NCBI GenBank assembly: GCA_032718475.1 | Contig: JAUCBJ010007173.1 | Coordinates: 62,001-126,000, forward strand | DNA from: Nemertoderma westbladi | Taxonomy: Eukaryota > Animalia > Xenacoelomorpha | Reading direction: 5' to 3' | Length of the DNA stretch: 64,000 bases | Shown: positions 12,173 through 23,404 of the stretch, piece after piece | Numbering within the stretch: position 1 is the stretch's first letter | Layout of the letters: each line of letters starts with the position of its first letter | The notes under the pieces: generated by a model | Database searches by the model: none | Seen by the model: the letters and a program-made list of their open reading frames with translations, nothing else | Told to the model about the DNA's origin: nothing | Made by a program: the position numbers and the translations under genes

Positions 12173-12845
12173 TGGTACTACGTACCCTCTAACTCTAACT
12201 CTAACTAGGTACTACGTACCTACTAACTCTCTAACTATCGGTACTACGTACCCTCTAACTCTAACTCTAACTAGGTACTACGTACCTACTAACTCTCTAA
12301 CTATCGGTACTACGTACCCTCTAACTCTAACTCTAACTAGGTACTACGTACCTACTAACTCTCTAACTATCGGTACTACGTACCCTCTAACTCTAACTCT
12401 AACTAGGTACCACGTACCTACTAACTCTCTAACTATCGGTACTACGTACCCTCTAACTCTAACTCTAACTAGGTACTACGTACCTACTAACTCTAACTCT
12501 AACTAGGTACTACGTACCTACTAACTCTCTAACTACCGGTACTACGTACCCTCTAACTCTAACTAACTATTGGTACTACGTACCCTCTAACTCTAACTAT
12601 CGGTACTACGTACCCTCTAACTCTAACTCTAACTAGGTACTACGTACCTACTAGCTCTCTAACTATCGGTACTACGTACCCTCTAACTCTAACTAACTAT
12701 TGGTACTACGTACCTACTAACTCTCTAACTCTAGGTACTACGTACCTTCCAACTCTAACTTTAGGCACTACGTACCTACTAACTAACTAACTAACTCTAA
12801 CTAACTAACTCTAGGTACTACGTACCTACTAACTAACTAACTAAC
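12173..12845. repeat. Complex tandem array (66-bp dimeric unit) between gag-pro and the exonuclease ORF of element A
   Basis: ggtactacgtacc cores separated by (ctctaa)n/(ctaa)n tracts; period 66 (12181 to 12247). Confidence 0.92.
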
Positions 12846-13003
12846 TCTTATTTTTTATTTTATTTTATTTTTATTTGTGTGGGAAGGGCGTCTCGCCCTC
12901 AATCCCACCCCCCTCAGTCCAAAACTTGGACGACTAAACTCCACTCTAGCTCCAATTTAAGGTGCCCCTTCTAGAAGACAGGTAACACCTCTGCCCGCAC
13001 CTT

Positions 13004-16000
13004 TTACGGATCTAACTCTTCCATCCCAGTCCAACCTGTTGGACAACTCAGCGACCCAAGGGGTGATTCCTCCAGCAGGCAACTCTCCCACTGCCCCCCT
13101 ATAGGTTCTCTAATTCTTCGCTCCGCTCTCCTTATCAATTCGATAGGTGGTCTTTTCTCCTGTTTTTGGAAATGCTGTCTCCTATTTATGTTTCTGATCT
13201 CGTGGTCGTCCCTTGGCGGCAAAGTGCCACCCTTCAACGTGTCACCCGGCGGTATAATGCCGCCCCTGTTCTTCTCCTTAATCTTAGATGCCACCTCTGC
13301 TGGCCTCCCCCTTAATATGTGTGCTGGCATTAAAGGCTTCAACGACCCCCGTTCGTCCTTCGGTATACACGATGCCTGCCCATGTAATGCCCCCTCGCAC
13401 TCTGTCAGTTCCGCGTGCGTACGCAGCACGCCTCCTACTCTCCCGCCTCCTTTGTCCACCATATGTTTATTCATGGGCTTCTCTGCCCCTGGTCTGATCG
13501 TCTCACATCTTCTCCCTTTCCATCTTGTATTCTTACTCGGCTTCCCCCTTGTCGGTATGCCTCTCAACCGGACCGGCGTCTCTTCTGGGCGCTCCTCTGG
13601 ACACTCCACCGGGCACTTCTCCGGTTTGTCCTCCCGACACTCCACCGTCCGCTCCTCCCCATCTCCATACCGATACTTGCTGGGACCCTTATTCCAACCC
13701 ATCGTCTCTAGATCTTCTGCATCCATACCATTCTCCTCCGCCCACTCTCTTGGTGTTGCTTCTACTTTTAGCTGTCTACCACTATTGCCCATCTCTGGCC
13801 TCTCCTCTATCTCGTCAGTTCCTGGCACCATGCATCCTGAACTCTCGGACACATGGAATGGTATATTACTCTTAATTGGGCCTGTCAGTGTCCACCCGAA
13901 TGGTGTTAATATGGCCACCGGGTCACTCTGCTTGTCTTCGCCGAAGACCGTTTGCATTCTTTCGTGGGCCGTCGGGCAGTCCATTCCTACTATGATGGAT
14001 ACCTTCCTAACGTCCACGTCTGGGATCGAGAAGTCAATGTCGTCCAGGAATTTGTATTGCTCGACCTCGATGTTGGTTGGCCGCCTGGCATTGATGTTAA
14101 TTGACTCTATTACTTGGATGGGATCGATGGTTGCCCCATAATCGCATCCTGGTGCTACTGCTGCAATTGCGCACCGTCCTGTCCTCATCTCTAGGATCTC
14201 ATCTTTGCTAGAGATGGTTGTTACCGCCATCCTGCTTGGCCTTGTTCTCAATCCTATTTCTTCGGCTACCCATTCCTCTACTAATGTGAAGGCAGCTCCG
14301 CTATCAACCAGCATCAGTGTTGTTACTGATCGATTGCCTTCCCCGATCACTCGCACCGGTACTACTCCAAGTAACACCGTGCCTCTCTTCTTCGCCCCTA
14401 CCGTGCTCGTTGCCATCATTTGGCCTGTCCTTTGGCCAAACTTGATCGGCTTCTCTTGGCATTCCCTGGCCTTGTGTCCACTCTTTACACATCGCGAGCA
14501 GATTTTATTGCTCGACGCGTAATCTATCTGGTCTTGCCTCGGTAGCGCCTGCCAGTACCTGCAGTTCATGGTTTTATGAAGCGCATTTGCGTGTAACTGG
14601 CATTTGCTCTTTGGGTCGTAGCCCTCTTTATACAATGCATTGCGTATCGCAGTTATGTTTGTACCAAAGTCCCTACTGTTCTTATTGACTGGATTTGGCC
14701 TACTGGAAGTACTGGGGTTATGTTTATTCATGTTGTTATTGTTCCCCTGTCCGTTCCATGATGTTGTCTTATCTTCGTTTGCCTGTGGACTTGCAGTCCC
14801 CTGCGTCGCTGCGTATGGCAATGATTGTCTGAGCCTCGGCAATGCGTTTGATGTATTGTGCTCTGGTTTGGGCCTGTAGTGATCTGTCTTTGGTCCCTTT
14901 CCCAGGCTATCTTCACTATAGACTGGGTCCGTTATTAGTTCAGCCTCGTAATTTAAGAAGTTTGACATTTCTTCTAAACCTGGTTCCGCACCCTTCTTAT
15001 CTCGAGTGGAAAAAGCGATCTTCCTCCACTTGTTGCGCAGCCAGTTCGGTAGTGCCTGCGCTATCGTGGTGATATTGTTGGACGCATTCAGCTCGTACGG
15101 CGCGTCTAGCGTCTTCAGCACGATTAGCGCCTTTTCGACTTTGTTAGCAAACGTCTTAATGCTAACGGGGTTGTCCTGTAGGCCACCCGATGTTATGCCT
15201 CTCAGCGTCTGTCTGATGATCTTGGCCGGGTGCCCGTATTCCCTATCCAGTGCCCGCCATGCTGTCGTGAAGCCGCCCTCTATTCCTTGGTATTGCCTCA
15301 CGATATCGTATGCTGGGCCTCCCGTGTACACTTGTAGATATTTTAGGCACTCCGCCTGCGTCAAGTTTTTTGTTAGTATTTCGTTACTATACATTCGCCG
15401 AAATTGTAAATATTCTTCCGGCCTGCTCCCATCGAATTTGAACGGTTCCACGGGTGGTAACTCGATCCTCGTTTTCAAAGCATCGATCAACGTGGCCATC
15501 CCCATTGCCTGCGCTTCCAATGGATTCGACGGGCGCTGCATAGTTTCCCCTGTCTGGTGCGGTTCGTCCGTCCTATTTCTTGATCTTCTCTGACTCGGAT
15601 ATGTCATCGGGGGTAGCGGCCCCCTCCATATGTCTGTATCACACGACCTGTTTTCATCCAGGGGTCTCGTTGTTCTTGTTCCTATCGGGGTATATTGTTG
15701 ATATTGTGATGGGGGAATGTCACCCTGTCCCCCCCCCACCGGTATGTTTGGGAATGGGGTTGATGTTAATACGTTGGGGCCCATGCACCTATCCGCAACA
15801 ACTCCCCCCTCCCCTGGGTACACGCCACACCCCCGCATGCCGCAGCCACACTGCTGTGCTGGTACCGGTATAGGCCTATCAGCTTCTGGCCTACCCGCCG
15901 GTATGTATTCCGCGACTTCCGGGTTTAATCCCGTTGTCCACGCTATCCTATCGCCTACATTGCCTCTCTCAGTATGGCCTACGGTATGTGCAGTAAGACC

Positions 16001-16147
16001 TACAGTATGCCCTACAGTCTGCATGTGTTGCTCGGGATCGAAGTTTATTCTTCTCGAATAATCCTCCCCGCGGCTACCGTATTCTCGATCGATAGGCGTA
16101 ATCCGTCGGAAAGTCTCTCTTCGACCCCCCCCCTCTATTGTCCTCAT
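13004..16147 (-). CDS. BEL/Pao-type Gag (DUF1759-like, zinc knuckles) plus aspartic protease, with a vestigial integrase-like tail
   Basis: FKFDGSRPEEYLQF, AWRALDREYG, CQLH..H....C and CSRC..GH....C, LVDSGAAFT, TPFGWTLTGP; later LTECEGAL...LKPLMPAHILRG; no YxDD. Confidence 0.85.
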   Translation of the reverse strand: MRTIEGGGRRETFRRITPIDREYGSRGEDYSRRINFDPEQHMQTVGHTVGLTAHTVGHTERGNVGDRIAWTTGLNPEVAEYIPAGRPEADRPIPVPAQQCGCGMRGCGVYPGEGGVVADRCMGPNVLTSTPFPNIPVGGGQGDIPPSQYQQYTPIGTRTTRPLDENRSCDTDIWRGPLPPMTYPSQRRSRNRTDEPHQTGETMQRPSNPLEAQAMGMATLIDALKTRIELPPVEPFKFDGSRPEEYLQFRRMYSNEILTKNLTQAECLKYLQVYTGGPAYDIVRQYQGIEGGFTTAWRALDREYGHPAKIIRQTLRGITSGGLQDNPVSIKTFANKVEKALIVLKTLDAPYELNASNNITTIAQALPNWLRNKWRKIAFSTRDKKGAEPGLEEMSNFLNYEAELITDPVYSEDSLGKGPKTDHYRPKPEHNTSNALPRLRQSLPYAATQGTASPQANEDKTTSWNGQGNNNNMNKHNPSTSSRPNPVNKNSRDFGTNITAIRNALYKEGYDPKSKCQLHANALHKTMNCRYWQALPRQDQIDYASSNKICSRCVKSGHKARECQEKPIKFGQRTGQMMATSTVGAKKRGTVLLGVVPVRVIGEGNRSVTTLMLVDSGAAFTLVEEWVAEEIGLRTRPSRMAVTTISSKDEILEMRTGRCAIAAVAPGCDYGATIDPIQVIESININARRPTNIEVEQYKFLDDIDFSIPDVDVRKVSIIVGMDCPTAHERMQTVFGEDKQSDPVAILTPFGWTLTGPIKSNIPFHVSESSGCMVPGTDEIEERPEMGNSGRQLKVEATPREWAEENGMDAEDLETMGWNKGPSKYRYGDGEERTVECREDKPEKCPVECPEERPEETPVRLRGIPTRGKPSKNTRWKGRRCETIRPGAEKPMNKHMVDKGGGRVGGVLRTHAELTECEGALHGQASCIPKDERGSLKPLMPAHILRGRPAEVASKIKEKNRGGIIPPGDTLKGGTLPPRDDHEIRNINRRQHFQKQEKRPPIELIRRAERRIREPIGGQWESCLLEESPLGSLSCPTGWTGMEELDP

Positions 16148-18930
16148 CTTCGTACCGGTACATCATGTACCCCTCTCTCGGCGCGTAATGCATCTCACCG
16201 GGTCGCATCTCTCCGGGGCGACGGCAATCTCCCGGAGTCCGACCCCACTGACTCTCCGTTCCCATCTCGACTACCGACGGCTCGCTGTCCGTCCTCGCTC
16301 TTCTATCGTTTGCGGCGATACTTCTACTACTGTCTTCCCTTCTTCTCCTATCAGTGGGATATTCCCGCTCGCGAGATCTCTCGTCGACCTCCCGGTTAAA
16401 CCCCACTGTTCTTCTTCCCTCCTCTGATTGGGCTCGACGCTCCGTCTGCCCTCTCGCGACGTCAACCTGTCTCTCTCTGCTCGGTCGCACGCCGCTGGGG
16501 ATACTCGCAATCCCCCTATTACTTTCCGTCGCCGGTTGTTGCGGTTTACCTTGTTCGGCCCTCGCATTATCCGCTGACGGCTGTGGGACACTCTCTGCCC
16601 CCCCCCTCTCGCCGCTAACTCTCTGTTGTGGGGCCCTTGTAGCCCCCCCCCCCACCCGCTACATTCTACTTCGCTACCTCTTTCCCCGCTATCACATACC
16701 TCTCTAGTCGACACATCAACCCTACCACAGTCGGGTCTGTTCACCCCCGCCTCTCCCTCTGCTATTGCGTGGCCTACCAGGCCCTCTACTCCCTCCCTAC
16801 CAACTACGTGGCCTACCAGGCCTTCTGCTTCCTGTCTACTAACTACGTGGCCTACCAGGCCCTCTGCTCCCTGTCTACTAACTACGTGGCCTACCAGGCC
16901 CTCTTCCGCCTGGCTATGTAGGCCCGACGTGTTTACATTAATAGCACCCATATTAGACACGGAATTAATTTGCTCGTTTGAAACAAAACCATTTGCATTA
17001 CTCTGCGCGATCACGTTAACTGAATTATTTTGTAAATTCGGGCTAGAATCATTATTTAAATTATTCGAATTATTCTGTGCAATTGCGTTATTTACGTTAT
17101 TTTGTAGGTCCAAATTCGGGTTATTATTTTGATTATTTGAATTATTTTGCGCAACTACATCAATATTAGAATTATTTTCTACATTAATACTAGGGGCGTT
17201 CTGATTTAAATTTAAATTATTACCACTATGTAAAGCATTACCTGTAATAAAGGTTTGATTAGTGTTGTCCCATACGGTACTATCAATATTAACAATGTCT
17301 ACTGTACCATTATTATTATTACCCCCCCCCGCTCGTACGGTCGCACCAGTCTTGAGTCTGTCGTGCGGTCCCTGTCAGTGGGGTATTAATAAATGTATCT
17401 ACGGCCCCCGGCTCCCTAAAAATACTCGAGCCGGCCCTGCTCTCAGACGGCGCTTTTCGCATGAGTTGCAACTCGTGCGCCCGTTTGATCTCGTCTCCCG
17501 CAGACTCACTCTGTAGTCTCTCTATTTTCTTGTTTTCTCCCTCAGTCTCTGCCACTCTCCTCTTACGCTCCTGGATGTCCCTAATGGCCGACTCTGCAAC
17601 ACTCTTAATACTCTCCCTTCGTCTCACTTCGCGCTCCTTGCGTTCCTTTTCCTCTCTTGCCTCACGCTCCTTGCGTTCCGCCTCACGCTCCTTGCGTTCC
17701 CTTTCCTCTCTCGCCTCACGCTCCTTGCGTTCCGCCTCGCGCTCCTTGCGTTCCTTTTCCTCTCTCGCCTCACGCTCCTTGCGTTCCTTTTCCCCTCTCG
17801 CCTCACGCTCCCTACACTCCCTTTCCTCTATCTCATCATACTCCCTTAGGCTTTTCAAAGCCCTTTCGGCCCTCTCTCCTGTTTCTTTAAGCAATGCCGT
17901 TTCCCTCTCTAACCGCACTCTCCCTTCCTCTAGCCGTTCCTTCATTTCTCTATGATCTTTCGCTGCCATGCTGAGGCGATATTCGGCACCTATCTCTCTC
18001 ACCGCTCTTCCTTTCGCGGAGGATGTAACAGACTTATCGGTTACGACGGATTTCCCCCGCCTTCCCGACCTACTGATTTTCCCCCGCTTCTCGGAGCTTT
18101 CTCCGACCGACGAGGCCGAATCCTCGGGGTTAACCTCGGATTCGCCCCCTTCGGGTTCCCTCCAGCCTACTGGTTTTACTCCCCGGGCATCGACCAAGTA
18201 TGGCCCTATGTACACTGACGCTACACTAGGTTCCATACTCCCACACTCCCATAGTTCAAACAGTTCCCCGGCAATCCCGTGTGCTCTCGTTTCGGCTAGT
18301 TCTTTTTGCCCAAAACGTATTAGGTAATTTATGTGTCTATCCGACTCACCTAGTCGCTTTCTCAGTCTCACCCCTTCACTTCACCTCACACCCAGTCTTC
18401 GCCCCTTCCTTCTTGGCGTCCTTTATCATCCTTCGGGTCGCGTTGTAGGCCCGTCGAAGTCGCTCTGAAACCCCGACGTCCTCGTCGCCGACCTCTCCTC
18501 CGTCCCTCCGGGTTCGACGTCGTACCGGCGGCTCCACCGTCGCCGTTCCGGTGGGCCGTCCGTCGCCCTCGGCCTGTAGCTGGCCGGCGACATTGGTACC
18601 GATCTCTTCTCCGTCTCTTCGTGTCCGGCGTCGCACCGTCGGCCCCACCGTCGCCGTTTCGGTGGGCCGCTCGTCGCCCTCGGCCGGTAGCTGGCCGGCG
18701 ACATCGGCGCGCCGTTCTCCCTCTCGCGTCGACTCATCTCCCTCTCCCTCCGTCTCGCTCTCTCTCTCTCTTGGCTCGACTTCGGGTTCCAGGCCCTCCT
18801 CGTCCTGGACTTCCTGTTCGCCCATTATCGATGGCTCCGGCGTCGTGGGCCCGTATCGCTTAGTCGCGGCCTCGCGGATCGTTTGATCTTCGTCCGGGGT
18901 CCGCGTCGGTGTCTCGCCCGATTCACTCAT
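16074..18930 (-). CDS. N-terminal extension of element A Gag, split into four ORFs (charged coiled coil, Asn-rich and repeat segments)
   Basis: ORFs 18930-18376, 18371-17319, 17113-16271 and 16655-16074 abut or overlap; three junctions fall in G-runs (~17322-17330, ~16643-16652, ~16125-16133); EREAREEKERK and EGLVGHVVSRQ repeats. Confidence 0.6.
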
Positions 18931-19009
18931 CTCGTTTGTGGCTGATGATTCGGCTAGCTAGGTTGTAGTTCTTAGAGTTTAACTAGGGCGGCAGCTCGGT
19001 TTTAGTTAC

Positions 19010-19547
19010 TGTGACGGGATCCAGGAGGGATCCCGATTTATCCGATGTGGTATTTAGTCCACGCGTCCCCGCCGTGTATAAGAGTGAAATAAAGGTAACT
19101 GAGTTCTGAAGTTCGGTGTATAATAATAGGTTATAGGATATAGATATATTGTGAATTATACGGTAGGCGGGATACGATAACTAAAGTCCCGTGATCCCCT
19201 AACTAAACTAATTGGCTGTACCCTACGCTAGCACTGCTGCACTGAGATAACTGAATCACTGATTAATAGGTTATTGGTTATATTGCACGGTGGCCTTACT
19301 GCTACTCAATCGATGCCATTCCCCCCTCTGATTGGTTAATACCCTTGTTGGCGCCCCGTGGAGTATTCCCGTTCACTCCACCTGTTCTCTCTGGGTTAGG
19401 GGTTTGGCCCCTGACCCTCTATTGTGTGTTTCCTTCCCACTCTCATTGGGATGGCACGAGTTGGTTAATTGCCCAATCTCGTGGCTCCCAATATTGCTTA
19501 TCGGCTAATAACTTTATGGGGTGTTGGCGGGATTGAATAAGCTAACA
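19010..19547 (-). repeat. 5' LTR of element A
   Basis: Direct repeat of 9508-10045, flanked by TSD CCGTT. Confidence 0.95.
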
Positions 19548-19552
19548 CCGTT

Positions 19553-19828
19553 GGTTGCGCCCCCCATACCCGTAGGAACGCCCAGTCCCGTAGCGCCCCC
19601 CGTAGGAATGCCTAGGTTAGTTGCGCACCCCGTAGGAATGCCCAGTCCCGTAGCGGCCCCCGTATGAATGCCCAGTTCAGTAGCCCCCCCCCATAGGAGC
19701 GCCCAGTCCAGTAACACCCCCCGTAGGAATGCCCAGGTTGGTTGCGCCCCCCATAGGAACGCCCAGTTCACTAGCGCCCCCTGTAGGAACACCCAGATCC
19801 GATGCTTCACCCGTAAGAATGCCCAGGT
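19553..19828. repeat. Degenerate 30-bp GC-rich minisatellite
   Basis: cgtagga recurs at 19571, 19601, 19631; unit ~cgtaggaatgcccagtcccgtagcgccccc. Confidence 0.85.
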
Positions 19829-22071
19829 CAGTTCACCAAATTTACCCCGAATGCACACTGTCACATAAATGCAGTTCACCAAACTTCCCCCGAATGCACA
19901 CTGTCACATAAATGCAGTTCACCAAACTTCCCCCGAATGCACACTGTCACATAAATGCAGTTCACCAAACCTCCCCCGAATGCACACTGTCACATAAATG
20001 CAGTTCACCAAACTTCCCCCGGATGCACACTGTCACATAAATGCAGTTCACCAAACTTCCCCCGAATGCACACTGTCACATAAATGCAGTTCACCAAACT
20101 TCCCCCGAATGCACACTGTCACATAAATACAGTTCACCAAACCTCCCCCGAATGCACACTGTCACATAAATACAGTTCACCAAACATCCCCCGAATGCAC
20201 ACTGTCACATAAATACAGTTTACCAAACCTCCCCCGAATGCACACTGTCACATAAATACAGTTCACCAAACCTCCCCCGAATGCACACTGTCACATAAAT
20301 ACAGTTCACCAAACATCCCCCGAATGCACACTGTCACATAAATACAGTTCACCAAACATCCCCCGAATGCACACTGTCACATAAATACAGTTCACCAAAC
20401 ATCCCCCGAATGCACACTGTCACATAAATGCAGTTCACCAAACTCCCCCCTAATGCACACTGTCACACTAATGCAGTTCACCAAACTTCCCCCGAATGCG
20501 CACTGTCACACTAATGCAGTTCACCAAACTTCCCCCGAATGCACACTGTTACATAAATGCAGTTCACCAAACTTCCCCCGAATGCACACTGTCACACTAA
20601 TGCAGTTCACCAAACTTCCCCCGAATGCACACTGTCACATAATGCAGTTCACCAAACTTCCCCCGAATGCACACTGTCACATAAATGCAGTTCACCAAAT
20701 TTCCCCCGAATGCACAATGTCACACGAATGCAGTTCACCAAACTTCCACCGAATGCACTCTGTCACACGAATGCAGTTCACCAAACCTCCCCCGAATGCA
20801 CACTGTCACATAAATGCGGTTCACCAAACCTCCCCCGAATGCACACTGTCACATAAATGCAGTTCACCAAACTCCCCCCGAATGCACACTGTCACATAAA
20901 TGCAGTTCACCAAACTTCCCCCGAATGCACACTGTCACATAAATGCAGTTCACCAAACTTCCCCCGAATGCACACTGTCACATAAATGCAGTTCACCAAA
21001 CTTCCCCCGAATGCACACTGTCACATAAATGCAGTTCACCAAACATCCCTCGAATGCACACTGTCACATAAATACAGTTCACCAAACATCCCCCGAATGC
21101 ACACTGTCACATAAATACAGTTCACCAAACTTCCCCCGAATGCACACTGTCACACGAATGCAGTTCACCAAACTTCCACCGAATGCACTCTGTCACACGA
21201 ATGCAGTTCACCAAACTTCCACCGAATGCACACTGTCACATAAATGCAGTTCACCAAACTTCCACCGAATGCACTCTGTCACACGAATGCAGTTCACCAA
21301 ACTTCCACCGAATGCACTGTCACATAAATGCAGTTCACCAAACCTCCCCCGAATGCACAATGTCACATAAATGCAGTTCACCAAATTTCCCCCGAATGCA
21401 CACTGTCACATAAATGCAGTTCACCAAACTTCCCCCGAATGCACACTGTCACATAAATGCAGTTCACCAAACTTCCCCCGAATGCACACTGTCACACGAA
21501 TGCAGTTCACCAAACTTCCCCCGAATGCACAATGTCACACGAATGCTGTTCACCAAACTTCCCCGGAATGCACAATGTCACACGAATGCAGTTCACCAAA
21601 CTTCCCCCGAATGCACACTGTCACATAAATGCAGTTCACCAAATTTCCCCCGAATGCACACTGTCACACGAATGCAGTTCACCAAACTTCCCCCAAATGC
21701 ACGCTGTCACACGAATGCAGTTCACCAAACTTCACCCGAATGCACACTGTCACATAAATGCAGTTCACCAAATTTCCCCCGAATGCACACTGTCACACGA
21801 ATGCAGTTCACCAAACTTCCCCCAAATGCACACTGTCACACGAATGCAGTTCACCAAACTTCACCCGAATGCACACTGTCACATAAATACAGTTCACCAA
21901 ACTTCCCCCAAATGCACACTGTCACACGAATGCAGTTCACCAAACTTCCCCCGAATACACACTGTCACATAAATGCAGTTCACCAAACTTCCCCCGAATG
22001 CACAATGTCACACGAATGCAGTTCACCAAATTTCCCCCGAATGCACACTGTCACACGAATGCAGTTTACCA
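19829..22071. repeat. 43-bp tandem satellite, right block (~52 copies)
   Basis: Same unit and orientation as 6269-7750. Confidence 0.97.
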
Positions 22072-22108
22072 ATTACGTGCGGGTAACTTCCGCCTTTCGT
22101 TGTAAAAG

Positions 22109-22824
22109 TTAAGGGTAGTGCTCTAATGGTGCAGTGCAGATGCCCCATCCACAGCTCCTGCGGAACGCCACTTTGTCCGAGACCCACGGATACATGACCC
22201 TGTAGCACGCAGAACAGCAAACGACAACCCGTTTCTCACCCATCCCATGATCGACGAGTAGGGCTTCTCCCACTTTAATGCTAGCGATTATGCGAGGCGT
22301 CTTGTGACCATTGAGGGGACCATATTCGGGGGCCATTACTCCGTCCACCGTCACAACGAGTGGTGTGAAATCAGCATGGCTTAGAGCGCAAGCCTGACTA
22401 TATTTTTGTTTTTTCTCTCGTTCAGCACTTGCCATCACTGCCTGTACAGCGCGACCAGCATGGGACGGACATCAAATAACGCACGTCTTGTGGTTGGCAG
22501 TAACTGCGGACAGAAATGTCAGCTATTAAACCGGGTATATGATTCTCCTCCTCAGCTTCACGTACAATAGGTTCGCGCTCAATCGTAGACCCTGGATAAG
22601 CTAAGCTGAACAGGCTGCACTGCGCGTACCGCACTTCGTTGTGGCGATAAGTGTTATAAGTCCACCGGTTTTGCAGTCTAGTGAAAGAGACACGCTGAAT
22701 TAACTGCCACAGCCATCACATCTGCTTAGAGCTGCCACCAGAGGGCGTCCGTATCGCAGCGATAAGGCATCTCTGAATTCAAAAGAGGAAAGGTCAAAAT
22801 GATTTGCAGCTGTTGGCAGCACAT
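22109..22824 (-). pseudogene. Degenerate 3' fragment of a CRE-clade non-LTR element (zinc finger and RLE endonuclease)
   Basis: Reads EFRDALSLRYG, CDGCG...LDCKTGGLI, ADISVR, KKQKY, FTPLVVTVDG, collinear with the C-terminus of ORF 35548-40599. Confidence 0.85.
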
Positions 22825-23115
22825 TTTTAATTAATTAATTAAATTAATAAAATTAATTAATTAAAATTAATAAAATTAATTAATTAAAATTAATAAAATT
22901 AATTAATTAAAATTAATAAAATTAATTAATTAAAATTAATAAAATTAATTAATTAAAATTAATAAAATTAATTAATTAAAGTTAATAAAATTAATTAATT
23001 AAAATTAATAAAATTAATTAATTAAAATTAATAAAATTAATTAATTAAAATTAATTAATCAATCAATTATTAGTCAATTAATTAATCAATTAATTAATTA
23101 ATCAATTAATTAATT
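22825..23115. repeat. 23-bp almost pure A/T satellite, left block
   Basis: Unit taattaaaattaataaaattaat; degenerates after ~23055. Confidence 0.93.
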
Positions 23116-23404
23116 GAATGTTATTAGCAGATATACTGCCTACCAGCCTTTGTACCTAACTGCCCTACTGCATACTGCTACCGGTACCGGCAGCTGACAC
23201 ATAGTACTTATCGCTATAGTTGTCGCACATAGTATCTCGCTACGATCGTGGACGATCCCCCGCCATAGCGGTGACATATAAAAGTCAACCCGATTCTCAG
23301 CAACAGCAGCGGATACGGCGGAATCTGCTGGGCCGTGCGGGGGAGCTGGTGAGTTCATATATTCCTCAATTTATCACCCATCATTGACTGCCAACCTTGT
23401 CATC

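Larger units (their letters stand above)
9508..19547 (-). mobile_element. Complete non-autonomous BEL/Pao-like LTR retrotransposon (element A): gag-protease, no RT, plus exonuclease ORF
   Basis: Two 538-bp TG...CA LTRs that look identical by eye; 5-bp TSD CCGTT (9503-9507 and 19548-19552); PPT at 10046-10054; BEL-type gag and DSG protease. Confidence 0.93.

Noticed and set aside
12173-12845. True or interstitial telomere
   Set aside because: TTAGAG tracts are only 2-3 units long, interleaved with another motif, and lie inside an LTR element.
13188-18886. Plus-strand ORFs overlapping element A, and similar antisense ORFs over the L2, B and CRE coding regions
   Set aside because: Shadow frames of GC-rich coding sequence with no recognisable motifs.
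6269-22071. 43-bp repeats as a CRISPR array, and the many MQFTKLPPNAHCH ORFs as genes
   Set aside because: Units are contiguous with no unique spacers or cas genes; the ORFs cycle through all frames of a repeat whose length is not a multiple of 3.
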